DNA from: Ignavibacteriaceae bacterium
GTDB lineage: Bacteria > Bacteroidota > Ignavibacteria > Ignavibacteriales > Ignavibacteriaceae
Reading direction: 5' to 3'
Assembly (NCBI GenBank): GCA_049294175.1
Contig: JBAQCL010000074.1
Coordinates: 96,384-160,383, forward strand
Length of the DNA: 64,000 bases
Shown here: piece by piece, positions 1 through 11,197 of the stretch
Layout: each line of letters starts with the position of its first letter
Numbering within the stretch: position 1 is the stretch's first letter
Translations under genes and position numbers: made by a program
The notes under the pieces: generated by a model
Told to the model about the DNA's origin: nothing
Seen by the model: only the letters and a program-made list of their open reading frames with translations
The model's database searches: none

Positions 1-1
1 A

Positions 2-1060
2 AACACATTTTCATTTTTCAAAGCGAATAAACAAAGAATCGAAGACGAGGTTGAAATATTTAAAGGTGTTGATGATCCCAAATTAAAAGAACGATTTAGT
101 GATGATGCTTTAAAACTTAAAGAAGATATCGAACTTATTCATGGTGCTTATGATCATTTTAATATTGAAGACTATCTTAACGGCACAACAGCCCCAGTCT
201 TTTTTGGAAGTGCGATAAACAATTTTGGAGTTAAAGAATTGTTGGATAGTTTTGTTAATATTGCACCTTCACCGCAACCACGTGAAACCACACAGGGAAT
301 TATTAACCCTGAAAGTGAACAATTTTCAGGTTTTGTTTTTAAAATTCATGCAAACCTTGATCCCAAACATCGCAACAGAATTGCATTCTTAAGAGTTTGT
401 TCCGGAAAGTTTGAGAGAAATAAATTTTATTATCATGTACGACTAAAGCGCGAATTAAAATTTCCAAATCCAGCCTCATTTATGGCGCAGGATAAAACAA
501 CAATAGATGAAGCCTTCCCCGGTGATGTGATTGGTCTTTATGATGTTGGTAATTTTAAAATAGGCGATACACTTACCGAGGGTCAACAATTTATGTACAA
601 AGGTGTTCCTACATTTTCTCCCGAAATATTTAAGGAACTTATTTTAACCGATCCATTTAAATCAAAACAATTGGATAAAGGTATTAGACAATTAACGGAT
701 GAAGGATTAGCACAGGTGTTTATCCAAAACTTTGGAAGCAGAAAAGTGGTTGGAACTGTCGGTGATCTCCAATTTGATGTGCTTGAGTATCGTTTACTTA
801 ATGAATATGGCGCTGCATGTAGTTTTAGACCGTTAAATTTTTATAAAGCTTGCTGGGTTGTTTATGAAAAAGATGATGATATAAGCGAGTTATTAAGATT
901 ACGCTCTCATCATTTATTTCAGGATAAACATGGAAGTTTAGTCTATCTTGCCGAATCAGTTTATTCTCTTAACTCAGCAATAGATAAAAATCCTAAAGCC
1001 AAATTTTTATTTAGTATTGAACATAATACTGAAACACAAGAACTTGAAAATGTTGCTTAA
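2..1060 (+). CDS. prfC: peptide chain release factor 3, C-terminal ~350 aa (5' end outside window)
   Basis: Frame 2 is open from nt 2 to the TAA at 1058-1060. The translation contains APVFFGSAINNFGVKELLDSF, NRIAFLRVCSGKFERN, GDTLTEG and DLQFDVLEYRLLNEYGA, which I recognise as RF3 (end of the G domain plus domains II/III). Confidence 0.85.
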   Translation, partial: NTFSFFKANKQRIEDEVEIFKGVDDPKLKERFSDDALKLKEDIELIHGAYDHFNIEDYLNGTTAPVFFGSAINNFGVKELLDSFVNIAPSPQPRETTQGIINPESEQFSGFVFKIHANLDPKHRNRIAFLRVCSGKFERNKFYYHVRLKRELKFPNPASFMAQDKTTIDEAFPGDVIGLYDVGNFKIGDTLTEGQQFMYKGVPTFSPEIFKELILTDPFKSKQLDKGIRQLTDEGLAQVFIQNFGSRKVVGTVGDLQFDVLEYRLLNEYGAACSFRPLNFYKACWVVYEKDDDISELLRLRSHHLFQDKHGSLVYLAESVYSLNSAIDKNPKAKFLFSIEHNTETQELENVA

Positions 1061-1097
1061 TAATTAAGATGATTTAAGAATGAATCTTTTCCAAATA

Positions 1098-1125
1098 AAA
1101 AGCCCTTTAGAATTAAAGGGCTTTT
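1098..1125. terminator. bidirectional intrinsic terminator between convergent prfC and the DUF4382-like gene
   Basis: AAAAGCCCTTT (1098-1108) pairs with AAAGGGCTTTT (1115-1125) around a 6-nt loop. An A-run and a T-run flank the stem on either side. Confidence 0.7.
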
Positions 1126-1151
1126 CTATTATTATTTATTTAAACTTTTAA

Positions 1152-1958
1152 CTATTTGTTTTCAAGCTCAATTGTTCCCAAATCATTATTTTGATTTGCC
1201 GAAACACTAACTCCGGTTAACACTGTATCTTTATAAGCTTCGTTTCCTGATGCTATTTCCACATTATATAAACCTTGAGGTAATACCATAAGTTTGAAGA
1301 AGCCATCAGTATTCGGATAAGTAGAAACTGTATCGTCACCGATTGTAGTAAATACAGTAGCTTGTGCGTCTAACGGAAGAACCTGACCTGAAATTGATCC
1401 TGAAGTAATAATCGGCATAACTCTAATGACAGGCTTCATCATATATTTACCATTGCCTGTAACATGGATTGATTTTTCTAGATTAAAATCAAGGACTAGT
1501 TCATACAAATTGTTTGCTTCAAGTGTAAACTCGTGGTTTAACTTAATCCCGGTTTGTAATCCGCTTGGAACTGTCAAATTGTATCGGACTCCATTATCAA
1601 CAACGTAACATCCGTCATCAAGAATTAATCTTATTTGTGTATAATGTCCGGGTTCTAAAATTGAATCTCCGAGCACGGCACTTGCGCCATTCCTTAATTC
1701 AAGCAAATCAAATGATCTTAAGCTATCATTAATAACATACCAGCTTGCTGTGCTATCGGAATCTGCTTTATGAACTTCCACACGTTTAACAAAAATTATT
1801 ACCGAATCTAATGCGGCAGGTGAATCCACTAAATAAACTTTTAAATTACTTTTTCCTTCTAATGATGAATCAACAGATGGATTAATAGAAGTATCATTAT
1901 TTGTACAACCTGAAATAAATGCCATCACTAAGGCAAGCGAAATCACAATTTTCTTCAT
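1152..1958 (-). CDS. DUF4382-like lipoprotein with C-terminal carboxypeptidase-regulatory-like domain
   Basis: Signal peptide with lipobox (LVMAFISGC). The body resembles the DUF4382 family. The C-terminal GSISGQVLP...GLYNVEIAS stretch resembles CarboxypepD_reg. Assignment is from memory of family patterns only. Confidence 0.5.
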   Translation of the reverse strand: MKKIVISLALVMAFISGCTNNDTSINPSVDSSLEGKSNLKVYLVDSPAALDSVIIFVKRVEVHKADSDSTASWYVINDSLRSFDLLELRNGASAVLGDSILEPGHYTQIRLILDDGCYVVDNGVRYNLTVPSGLQTGIKLNHEFTLEANNLYELVLDFNLEKSIHVTGNGKYMMKPVIRVMPIITSGSISGQVLPLDAQATVFTTIGDDTVSTYPNTDGFFKLMVLPQGLYNVEIASGNEAYKDTVLTGVSVSANQNNDLGTIELENK

Positions 1959-2113
1959 TTGAGCATCTCCTTATTTATAATTGATTAAATTTGACTATAA
2001 TTATACATCAAAAATTGTTCCTTTGTAATATAGAACAAAAATTATATTATATCTAAATATTTTCATGCCTCTAAATAAAAACTGCCTGTAAAAAAACAGT
2101 AAATAAGAAATAT

Positions 2114-2419
2114 TTACTCATAATAATCGATTTTACAGCCGCAGCCATCCCATTTTCGTTCATAATAATCTAATCTATCGTTAATAAATTTTTCTGCTCC
2201 ATTCAGCGATTCCATTTTTCTAAGCATTATTTCTTTTTTGAAATTTATTTCCTGCACAAATAACTTGTTCTCAAATTTTAGTAGCCGGATAAAATCAGAT
2301 AAATGAGTATCAACTTCTCTAATTGTTTCCGAGCTTTTTAATAAAGAGTTCAATTCATTTTCTTCGATGATCAAATATTTTGTGTTAACAGCTTTATTAA
2401 ATATTTCTTTTAGTGTCAT
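2114..2419 (-). CDS. hypothetical protein (101 aa)
   Basis: ORF with ATG start and no family recognised. It ends in WDGCGCKIDYYE. Confidence 0.35.
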   Translation of the reverse strand: MTLKEIFNKAVNTKYLIIEENELNSLLKSSETIREVDTHLSDFIRLLKFENKLFVQEINFKKEIMLRKMESLNGAEKFINDRLDYYERKWDGCGCKIDYYE

Positions 2420-2485
2420 AATAAATCTTATAAATTTTATTCGGTTGGATTAGAAAAAAGGAATTAGGTTTCGGTTCCGGTTGGA

Positions 2486-4615
2486 TTAAAATGAGTTTAC
2501 AACTACAACAGGACAACTGCAATTATCAAGAATCTGTTCTACACGGGGACCGAGAAAGAGATTATCTGATCCAGGTCTGACATCCGAGCCTAAAATTACC
2601 ATATCAAAATTATTTTCTTCTGCAACCTTAATTATGACTGTTTCGGGATTTATACCCCGTTCAACTTTAGTAAAAGTATTTACAGAAAGTGAATCTCCTA
2701 TACTTTTAAATTCTTTTACAATTTCCTGAGCATAACTAATTTGTCTCTCAAGTAAATGATTTTTCATATCAAATTCTTCAAGAGTTTTCTTTTCTTCAAT
2801 CACGCGTAAAATATGAACTTCATCATTTTCATTAGTCGCAAGTGCAAAAGCAATTTCTGCTGCGCGCTTGGATGATTTTGAGCCGTCAGTGGGGACAAGA
2901 ATTTTTTTGCCGCTGTTGACGCTAAGTTTTTTGTGACCTTGAACTATTATAGAAGGACAGGGCGAAAATCTGATAAGGTTATCAATAAATTTGTTAAAAA
3001 CCATTTCGGAATTTTTTTGTTTTTCTGTTGCGCCAATTACAAGCAAATCGTAATCTTTTTTTGATTCTTCAAGAATTTTTTCAAGTGCATTGCTGGATAC
3101 AATTACTCTTTTTGTAATGACAGATTTTTTAAATGATTTTGCAAGATCATCTAAAAATTTTTGGGCAAGATTCTTATCAGTTTCATTTGTGATTGTTAAA
3201 AGTGTAATATCAAGTTCCTTTTTTGAACCCAACGCTTCCAGGATTGTGGTCTCTATCGATTTAGCCGAATCAACTCCTAAATCTGTTCTAACTCTGACCG
3301 GTAAAAGAATGCGGTTTATTTTTGAGATAATACTTTCGGAGTAAATTTTTTCAAGTTGTATCCTTTTGATTTCTTCCGTATTCGGATCAATTTTTTTAAT
3401 TATTGATTTTATAAGTATCGGGGAAATCAATGAAGAGAAAACAGAAATAATAATTATTATTGAAAAAATATTCTGGGAAATTATTCCGATTGTTAACCCG
3501 ATTGTTGCCAGAATAATTTGTATTGTGCCTCTTGTATTAAGCCCAACGCCAAATCCAATTGCAGACCAATTATCAGTTTTAGCAAAAAATCTTGCTCCAA
3601 CGTAGCCTCCAATTGCTTTTGAAGAAAATGCGACGAACATCAAAACTAAAGTTATAAATAGAATTGTTGGGTTTGTAAATTCTAAAACATTAACCTGCAA
3701 TCCGGCAGAAGCAAAAAAGATTGGAGCAAAAATTGCAAATGTCATACTTTCAATTTTTTCAATCGTTTCTTCTGAAAGATAGGGGATTTGCCCAAATACT
3801 ATCCCTGCAACAAAAGCTCCTAAAACAGCTTCTAATTCTAATGCTTGGGCAATTGCACCGTAAACAAAAATTACAAACACAACCAAAGATAAAAATTTAT
3901 CTCTTAGTTTGATTTTGTTTTGCATAAATGTGATAAGGTATTTCATCAGAAATTTCCCTACAATATAACCAAGCACTAAAAACAAGATTACTTTTATGAA
4001 TGAGAATAAGATTCCACCAAAACTTGTTGCAAAACCACCAACTAAGCCGATAATAACAGAGATCAATATCCAGGCTACAGTCTCATCAATCAAACCAATT
4101 GCTACAAAAAGCTGTCCAAAATCCCTGCGGATTACATTCATATCTAACAATACTTTTGCAATTACAGATATTGCCGAAACAGAAATTGTGATTGAGACAA
4201 AGAATGCAAATAAATATTTGTTTATCGAACTCGGGATTAAACTTTCTGGTAAGTTTAAGCTGAACAGAAAGATGCTGACAAAAGAAAACAATAATGCGGT
4301 GCTTGCTATAACAATCGCTTTTTTTGACTGATGTTTTATTAACTTAATATCCGTTTCCATTCCCGCTATAAAAAGTAAAAACATTGCCCCGATCATACTT
4401 ATGATGTTTATGTAATTTTTTTCTGTTACGTTGGGTATAATATGCTCGGCAATAAAAGGAATATTGCCCAGTACGGAAGGACCTAAAATTATTCCTGCAA
4501 AAATTTCACCGGCAACTAATGGCAGCCCAAGTCTTTGCGCAATTTCGCCCATCAATCTTGCGGCTAATAATAAACCTGCAATCTGGATTAATAATATTAG
4601 TGTATCGTAGTGCAA
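2486..4615 (-). CDS. cation:proton antiporter (CPA2/Kef-like) fused to two UspA-like domains
   Basis: The N-terminal ~400 aa is polytopic, with GEIFAGIILGPSVLG typical of the Na+/H+ exchanger family. The C-terminal ~290 aa holds two alpha/beta Usp-like units (DLLVIGATEK...; DMVILGSDVRPG...CPVVVV). Confidence 0.8.
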   Translation of the reverse strand: MHYDTLILLIQIAGLLLAARLMGEIAQRLGLPLVAGEIFAGIILGPSVLGNIPFIAEHIIPNVTEKNYINIISMIGAMFLLFIAGMETDIKLIKHQSKKAIVIASTALLFSFVSIFLFSLNLPESLIPSSINKYLFAFFVSITISVSAISVIAKVLLDMNVIRRDFGQLFVAIGLIDETVAWILISVIIGLVGGFATSFGGILFSFIKVILFLVLGYIVGKFLMKYLITFMQNKIKLRDKFLSLVVFVIFVYGAIAQALELEAVLGAFVAGIVFGQIPYLSEETIEKIESMTFAIFAPIFFASAGLQVNVLEFTNPTILFITLVLMFVAFSSKAIGGYVGARFFAKTDNWSAIGFGVGLNTRGTIQIILATIGLTIGIISQNIFSIIIIISVFSSLISPILIKSIIKKIDPNTEEIKRIQLEKIYSESIISKINRILLPVRVRTDLGVDSAKSIETTILEALGSKKELDITLLTITNETDKNLAQKFLDDLAKSFKKSVITKRVIVSSNALEKILEESKKDYDLLVIGATEKQKNSEMVFNKFIDNLIRFSPCPSIIVQGHKKLSVNSGKKILVPTDGSKSSKRAAEIAFALATNENDEVHILRVIEEKKTLEEFDMKNHLLERQISYAQEIVKEFKSIGDSLSVNTFTKVERGINPETVIIKVAEENNFDMVILGSDVRPGSDNLFLGPRVEQILDNCSCPVVVVNSF

Positions 4616-4789
4616 ATTAGAATTAATAATTTGTTATTATTTTACTTATAAGATAGTTTCTTTAAACATCAAAATACATACGTGTAATGTGAAAGAAACG
4701 AAGAGAAATTACACAAACATAATTCTAAAATGTTTTTAGAAGTGTTTGAATAATATATATTGTGATCAGAATAACTAATTGAAATTAAA

Positions 4790-5995
4790 ATGGACAAAAA
4801 ATACCTTGTATTAAATTTGGAACCCGAATACCGTGCCGATCTGGAAAATTTGCCATGGGATATTCCCTTAAACAAGTGGGATGATAGCCATGTAAATTTT
4901 TTAGACATCAGAAAAGGAATATCAAAGCATATAGTAAGATTTATTAAGACAAAAGATTATTCATTTGCTGTTAAACAAACTAATCCAATCAGCGCTTATT
5001 TTGAAAGTGAAACGTTTACAAAATTGTTGCAAAAAGGTATCCACACTCTTATTCCTGCCGGGTATGTTTTTTATAAAAAGAATTTATTTGAAATGAATTC
5101 TGAAGAGTCTGAAGATCTGGCATTTATTGTTACAATTCTTGAGACAAAATCAATTCCGCATTCAATTCTTTTTAAATGGGATTTTTCAGAGGAAAGCCGA
5201 AAGTCAATATACAAAGCCGCGGCGGAACTGCTTGCTAATCTTCACTTCAAGAATGTTTATTGGGGTGATGCTTCATTATCAAATATTCTGATAAAGTTTA
5301 TTAAAGTTCAGGATGAGAAAGGTAAATTACACACAGAGCTTAAAGCCTTTTTATCAGATTCTGAAACAATTCAAATACTCAAAAAAATTGGGAACGAACA
5401 CATTAAGAAGGATCTAAAACGTTTCTTTAATTCTATGGAAACAATAGATGAAGAATTTCCCAAAGCAAAAAGTGATAAAACTGTTGGCAGTTTGGATACT
5501 GATAAAAGTTTTTTTGAAAAAGAGTATAAAACTAATTATACCCTGCTTGTTAAGATTCAGGAATTTGAAGATTCAACCGGTTTAAAAGTTCACAAGCATT
5601 TTTTTAGAATTACAGATCAGTACTCGATTGAATCTATATTAAAACAAATTGAAGAACACAAATGGTACTTAAGTGAAAAAAACGGTAGTGAAGTGGAAAC
5701 CACGCTTGCCGCTAATGATTGGATTGAAAAAATTTATAAGCCAATAATTAAAGAGTTTAACAAACTTAAAATATTCGATTACTTCCCAAACACAAATTCA
5801 GTAAAACTATACACTGATATTATGGCGCATAAATATTATCTGAGTTTAGAAAAAGGAGAGGATGTCGGGATTTACTCCGCTATACGGAGTTACAGCACAA
5901 AGCATTCTGATAAAGAAGAATCTTTGTTATCAAAATTTGTTGAAAAACTTTTGAAACGATTAACGAAAATAGTTCCGCCGAATTATAATCTTTAA
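4790..5995 (+). CDS. kinase-fold (Kdo/WaaP-like) plus DUF4032-like protein
   Basis: The N-terminal half has kinase-like features (FAVKQ lysine, HFKNVYWGDASLSNIL catalytic-loop-like segment). The C-terminal EHKWYLSEKNGSEV...ANDWIEKIYKPI resembles DUF4032. Assigned from memory. Confidence 0.5.
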   Translation: MDKKYLVLNLEPEYRADLENLPWDIPLNKWDDSHVNFLDIRKGISKHIVRFIKTKDYSFAVKQTNPISAYFESETFTKLLQKGIHTLIPAGYVFYKKNLFEMNSEESEDLAFIVTILETKSIPHSILFKWDFSEESRKSIYKAAAELLANLHFKNVYWGDASLSNILIKFIKVQDEKGKLHTELKAFLSDSETIQILKKIGNEHIKKDLKRFFNSMETIDEEFPKAKSDKTVGSLDTDKSFFEKEYKTNYTLLVKIQEFEDSTGLKVHKHFFRITDQYSIESILKQIEEHKWYLSEKNGSEVETTLAANDWIEKIYKPIIKEFNKLKIFDYFPNTNSVKLYTDIMAHKYYLSLEKGEDVGIYSAIRSYSTKHSDKEESLLSKFVEKLLKRLTKIVPPNYNL

Positions 5996-6086
5996 CTCTT
6001 AAATAGTTAATTATTGTCAAGTAAGTAAAATAAATGCCCTTTTTTTGGTTCAAACAATTTCACTTCTAAGTGCCATTTAACTAATT

Positions 6087-7441
<1,355 letters not shown>

Positions 7442-7451
7442 TTTTTTATTT

Positions 7452-7482
7452 GCCCGATTGATTTTTCAGTCGGGCTTTTTTG
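7452..7482 (+). terminator. intrinsic terminator after eno
   Basis: GCCCGATTG (7452-7460) pairs with CAGTCGGGC (7467-7475, one G-U pair) and is followed by a T-run. Confidence 0.65.
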
Positions 7483-7528
7483 TCTTTAAATGTAATTAAA
7501 ACCGTTTACTAAGCAAACAAAGGCTAAT

Positions 7529-8911
7529 ATGAAAAATGATCATCTTCAGAATTGTAACAACTTAATTAAAAAATTTAAAGTTGAGTTTATTGATTTAAAA
7601 GCCATCGATCTTACCGGAAGATTACATCACATAACACTTCCATATTATCCGGACATTATAAAAAAACTTTTAAAAGAAGGAGTTGGATTTGACGGGTCAA
7701 GCTATGGATTCCGCAAAGTTGAAAATAGTGATATGATAATGGTGCCTGATATTGCTACTGCTAAGGTTGATCCGTTTCGTGACGCGCCAACTTTAAGTTT
7801 TTATTCTCACATTCTTTTAACTGATGAAAAAAGAAGTTCCTTTAATCAGGATGGAAGATACCTGGCAAAACTGACAGAAAAATTATTGAAGAAAACAACA
7901 GGGGCAGATAAATCCTTATGGGGACCGGAATTTGAGTTTTATATTTTCTCCAAAGTTGAATATGACACACGCACTGCTTCATCATATTATAGAGTTGAAC
8001 ATGCAGAAGAGTTTTACAAAAAAGCATACCACGCCGCAAATCCTTTTGATGAATATGATGATTTTCGTGATGAAGCTTGCAAATTATTAAAGGCACAGGG
8101 AATAAATATTAAATATCATCATCACGAAGTTGGTGAACGAGGGCAGCAGGAAATTGAAACTTATTTTAGTGATTTGTTAACCACGGCTGATAATATCATT
8201 ACAACCAAATATATACTCTTCAATTTTGCAAAGCAGAAGGGTTTGTTTATTACATTTATGCCAAAACCAATGTATCAGCAAGCGGGTAATGGGATGCACT
8301 TACATCTTTTCCTGACAAAAAAAGGCAAAAATGCTTTTTACAAAAAAGGTGAATATGGAAATATGAATGAACTTGGCAGATTTTTTATTGGTGGTATGCT
8401 AAAGCATGGTCCGGCTCTTTCGGCATTTACAAATCCAAGTACAAATTCATATAAAAGATTGGTTCCCGGTTTTGAAGCTCCTGTTGCATTAACTTATGGG
8501 CAGGGCAACAGGGCAAGTGCGATTAGAATTCCAAAATATATTTCCAATCCGGAAGAAACACGATTTGAATATCGTCCGCCGGATGCAACTGCAAATCCAT
8601 ATCTTGCTACAGTTTCTATGCTGCTTGCAGGGATAGATGGCGTTGTAAATAAAATTGATCCGGTTAAAGAAGGATACGGACCGATTGATAAAAACTTTTT
8701 AGATAATGATTTTAATGAGCATATAAATTTTTTGCCGCGAAATCTTGCGGAAGCTTTGGATGCTCTTAGGGCAGACAGCGATTTCTTAAAACGCGGCAAT
8801 ATATTTACAGATGAATTGTTGGACCAATGGGTTAAAACAAAGGAAGAAGAAATTCATTCAATAGGTACAATGCCTCATCCATTTGAATATAAAATGTACT
8901 TTAATTTGTAA
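7529..8911 (+). CDS. glnA: glutamine synthetase (type I-like, 460 aa)
   Basis: FMPKPMYQQAGNGMHLHLFL, NPSTNSYKRLVPGFEAP and RIP...FEYRPPDATANPYL are classic GS catalytic-domain motifs. Confidence 0.9.
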   Translation: MKNDHLQNCNNLIKKFKVEFIDLKAIDLTGRLHHITLPYYPDIIKKLLKEGVGFDGSSYGFRKVENSDMIMVPDIATAKVDPFRDAPTLSFYSHILLTDEKRSSFNQDGRYLAKLTEKLLKKTTGADKSLWGPEFEFYIFSKVEYDTRTASSYYRVEHAEEFYKKAYHAANPFDEYDDFRDEACKLLKAQGINIKYHHHEVGERGQQEIETYFSDLLTTADNIITTKYILFNFAKQKGLFITFMPKPMYQQAGNGMHLHLFLTKKGKNAFYKKGEYGNMNELGRFFIGGMLKHGPALSAFTNPSTNSYKRLVPGFEAPVALTYGQGNRASAIRIPKYISNPEETRFEYRPPDATANPYLATVSMLLAGIDGVVNKIDPVKEGYGPIDKNFLDNDFNEHINFLPRNLAEALDALRADSDFLKRGNIFTDELLDQWVKTKEEEIHSIGTMPHPFEYKMYFNL

Positions 8912-8997
8912 TATATTTACTGATTGAAAAATTGATATCAAACCTTATTTTTATAGCGAGGTAGACAAACTATTTTCTAATTTTAGATGAGCACAAA

Positions 8998-11085
8998 ATG
9001 AAAACATATTTCCAATCTTTATTGCTTTTTTTTGTTTTGTCACAGGCTGTTAATGCACAATGGTTTTGGCAAAACCCTCTTCCGCAAGGCAATACTTTAT
9101 CTGGTGTTGATTTTATTGACTCAAATAACGGTTGGCTTGTAGGATATTATGGTACAATATTAAAGTCAATTAATGGCGGGGAAGATTGGACTGCCCAATC
9201 CAGTGGTACAAATAATAATTTATTAGCAGTTAAATTTTTAAATAGTGAAGTTGGCTTTGCTATAGGAAATTCAGGTACAATTCTTAAAACAACTAATGCC
9301 GGGGCTGTTTGGGCATCTAAAAACAGCAGCGTAAGTACTGACCTATACTCAATTAGTTTTGCGGATGATTACACAGGATGGATTGCCGGTAATTATGGTA
9401 CAATTCTAATAACGACTGACGGTGGAGAAAATTGGATTCCCCAGGCAAGCGGGACAAGCTATGCTTTATTTTCGGTTTGTTTTGTAAACCAAACTATTGG
9501 CTGGGCTGTTGGAAATGTTGGAGTTATTTTAAAAACTACTGATGCCGGAGTAAACTGGCTTCCCCAAACAAGTGAAACAGAAGAAGCTTTTTATTCCGTT
9601 AATTTTGTGGATGAAAATACAGGTTGGGCAGTTGGATATCCGGGAATGATTTTAAAAACTACTGATGCCGGAGTAAACTGGCTGCCCCAATCAAGCGGTA
9701 CAAGTAGTAATTTATGGTCAGTTAACTTTATTGATCCAAATTTTGGATGGGCAGTTGGCGGAAATGGAAGAATCTTAACAACAACAGATGGTGGTGAATT
9801 ATGGTCTGTACAATCAAGCGGAACTACAAGCGGATTATATTCAGTTAGTTTTTTTGACCGGAATATAGGCTATGCGGCAGGGTATAATGGAACTATACTT
9901 AAAACAACTGATGCCGGCATAAACTGGATTTCTCAGTCAAGCGGTTCTTACAGCGATATAAATGCTGTTAAATTTGTAGATGAAAATATTGGTTGGGCTG
10001 TTGGAAACTACGGGATTATTTTAAAAACCACTAATAGTGGAAGTGATTGGATAACTCAAGTAAGCGGAACTGAAGATGCATTATATTCAATTTACTTTGT
10101 TGATCAATCCAATGGATGGGCAGCAGGCGATTACGGCACAATTTTAAAGACAACAAATGGCGGAGATAATTGGGTTTCCCAAAATAGTAACACAAGTAAT
10201 AATTTAATATCACTTTATTTTGTTGATCAAAATATTGGGTGGGCAGTTGGGAGTTTGGGAACTATTCTTAAGACTACAGATGGAGGAACTAACTGGGCAC
10301 TCCAAACAAGTAATACAAGTAATAATTTATTATCACTTTATTTTGTTAATGAAAGTTTGGGATGGATTACAGGTAATTATGGAACAATATTAAATACAAC
10401 AGATGGCGGAGAAAATTGGGCGGCTTTAACAAGTGGTACAAGCAGCAACCTGACATCCGTTTATTTTCTTAATGAAAACTTAGGCTGGACCGTAGGCAGC
10501 TTGGGCTCAATATTAAAGACTGAAGATGGTGGTGGTGTCTGGACATTTCAGTCAAGTGGTACAAGCAATAATTTAACTTCAATTCAATTAATTGATGAAA
10601 ATTCAGGCTGGGCTGCAGGAAATAATGGTACAATTTTGAAAACAACCGATGGCGGCGGTAGCTGGGTACTGCAAGATGGAAAAATGAATTATGATTTAAC
10701 TTCTGTTTGTTTTACTGATTTAAATACAGGATGGACAACCGGAAAAAATGGAACTATTTTACACACAACAAACGGAGGTATAACATACGCCGATGTGAAA
10801 ACAAATGGAAACTCTACTCCGAAAGAATTTTATCTTTCACAAAATTATCCAAACCCATTTAATCCGAACACAAAAATACAATTTGCAATAAATAGTGAGG
10901 AGCTCGTTACTCTAAAAATTTACGATGTACTTGGAAATGAAATTGAAACATTAGTGAATGAAACAAAACCTGCGGGTGAATATCAGTTTATATGGGAGAC
11001 TAATAAGCTTGCCAGCGGAGTTTATTTCTATAGATTGCAGGCTGGAGATTTTATAAGCACAAAAAAAATGATTTTACAGAAATAG
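8998..11085 (+). CDS. secreted Ycf48/BNR-like 14-repeat beta-propeller protein with T9SS C-terminal sorting domain
   Basis: Signal peptide, then 14 copies of a ~41-43 aa unit (GTILKTTDGGxNWxxQxSGTxxxLxSVxFxDxNxGWAVG). The C-terminus (FYLSQNYPNPFNPNTKIQF...GVYFYRLQAGDF) matches the Por/T9SS type A tail. Confidence 0.8.
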   Translation: MKTYFQSLLLFFVLSQAVNAQWFWQNPLPQGNTLSGVDFIDSNNGWLVGYYGTILKSINGGEDWTAQSSGTNNNLLAVKFLNSEVGFAIGNSGTILKTTNAGAVWASKNSSVSTDLYSISFADDYTGWIAGNYGTILITTDGGENWIPQASGTSYALFSVCFVNQTIGWAVGNVGVILKTTDAGVNWLPQTSETEEAFYSVNFVDENTGWAVGYPGMILKTTDAGVNWLPQSSGTSSNLWSVNFIDPNFGWAVGGNGRILTTTDGGELWSVQSSGTTSGLYSVSFFDRNIGYAAGYNGTILKTTDAGINWISQSSGSYSDINAVKFVDENIGWAVGNYGIILKTTNSGSDWITQVSGTEDALYSIYFVDQSNGWAAGDYGTILKTTNGGDNWVSQNSNTSNNLISLYFVDQNIGWAVGSLGTILKTTDGGTNWALQTSNTSNNLLSLYFVNESLGWITGNYGTILNTTDGGENWAALTSGTSSNLTSVYFLNENLGWTVGSLGSILKTEDGGGVWTFQSSGTSNNLTSIQLIDENSGWAAGNNGTILKTTDGGGSWVLQDGKMNYDLTSVCFTDLNTGWTTGKNGTILHTTNGGITYADVKTNGNSTPKEFYLSQNYPNPFNPNTKIQFAINSEELVTLKIYDVLGNEIETLVNETKPAGEYQFIWETNKLASGVYFYRLQAGDFISTKKMILQK
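9085..10800 (+). repeat. in-frame tandem coding repeats, period ~123-129 bp, about 14 units (approximate bounds)
   Basis: The repeated GTILKTT(D/N)GG...W motif is seen 14 times. Some adjacent units share exact DNA identity, e.g. 35 nt at 9526-9560 and 9649-9683. Confidence 0.8.
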
Positions 11086-11197
11086 GTCGATAGTTCATCC
11101 CGACCTGATTTTCAATTAGTTGCAATTCATGGTTCTCTTAAAACTCATGAATAATTTTTAACCGAATTTTTATTTTTTATCAAGACTTTTTTAATTA

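Noticed and set aside
9085-10800. Regular ~123-129-bp periodic repeats that could superficially resemble a repeat array.
   Set aside because: They are in frame within one long ORF and encode propeller blades. There is no repeat/spacer alternation as in CRISPR.
11092-11115. CATCCCGACCTGA half-palindrome after the T9SS protein gene, resembling the element at 31952-31972.
   Set aside because: Only one arm is present. It is too short and degenerate to call as a feature on its own, so it is mentioned under the REP-like finding.
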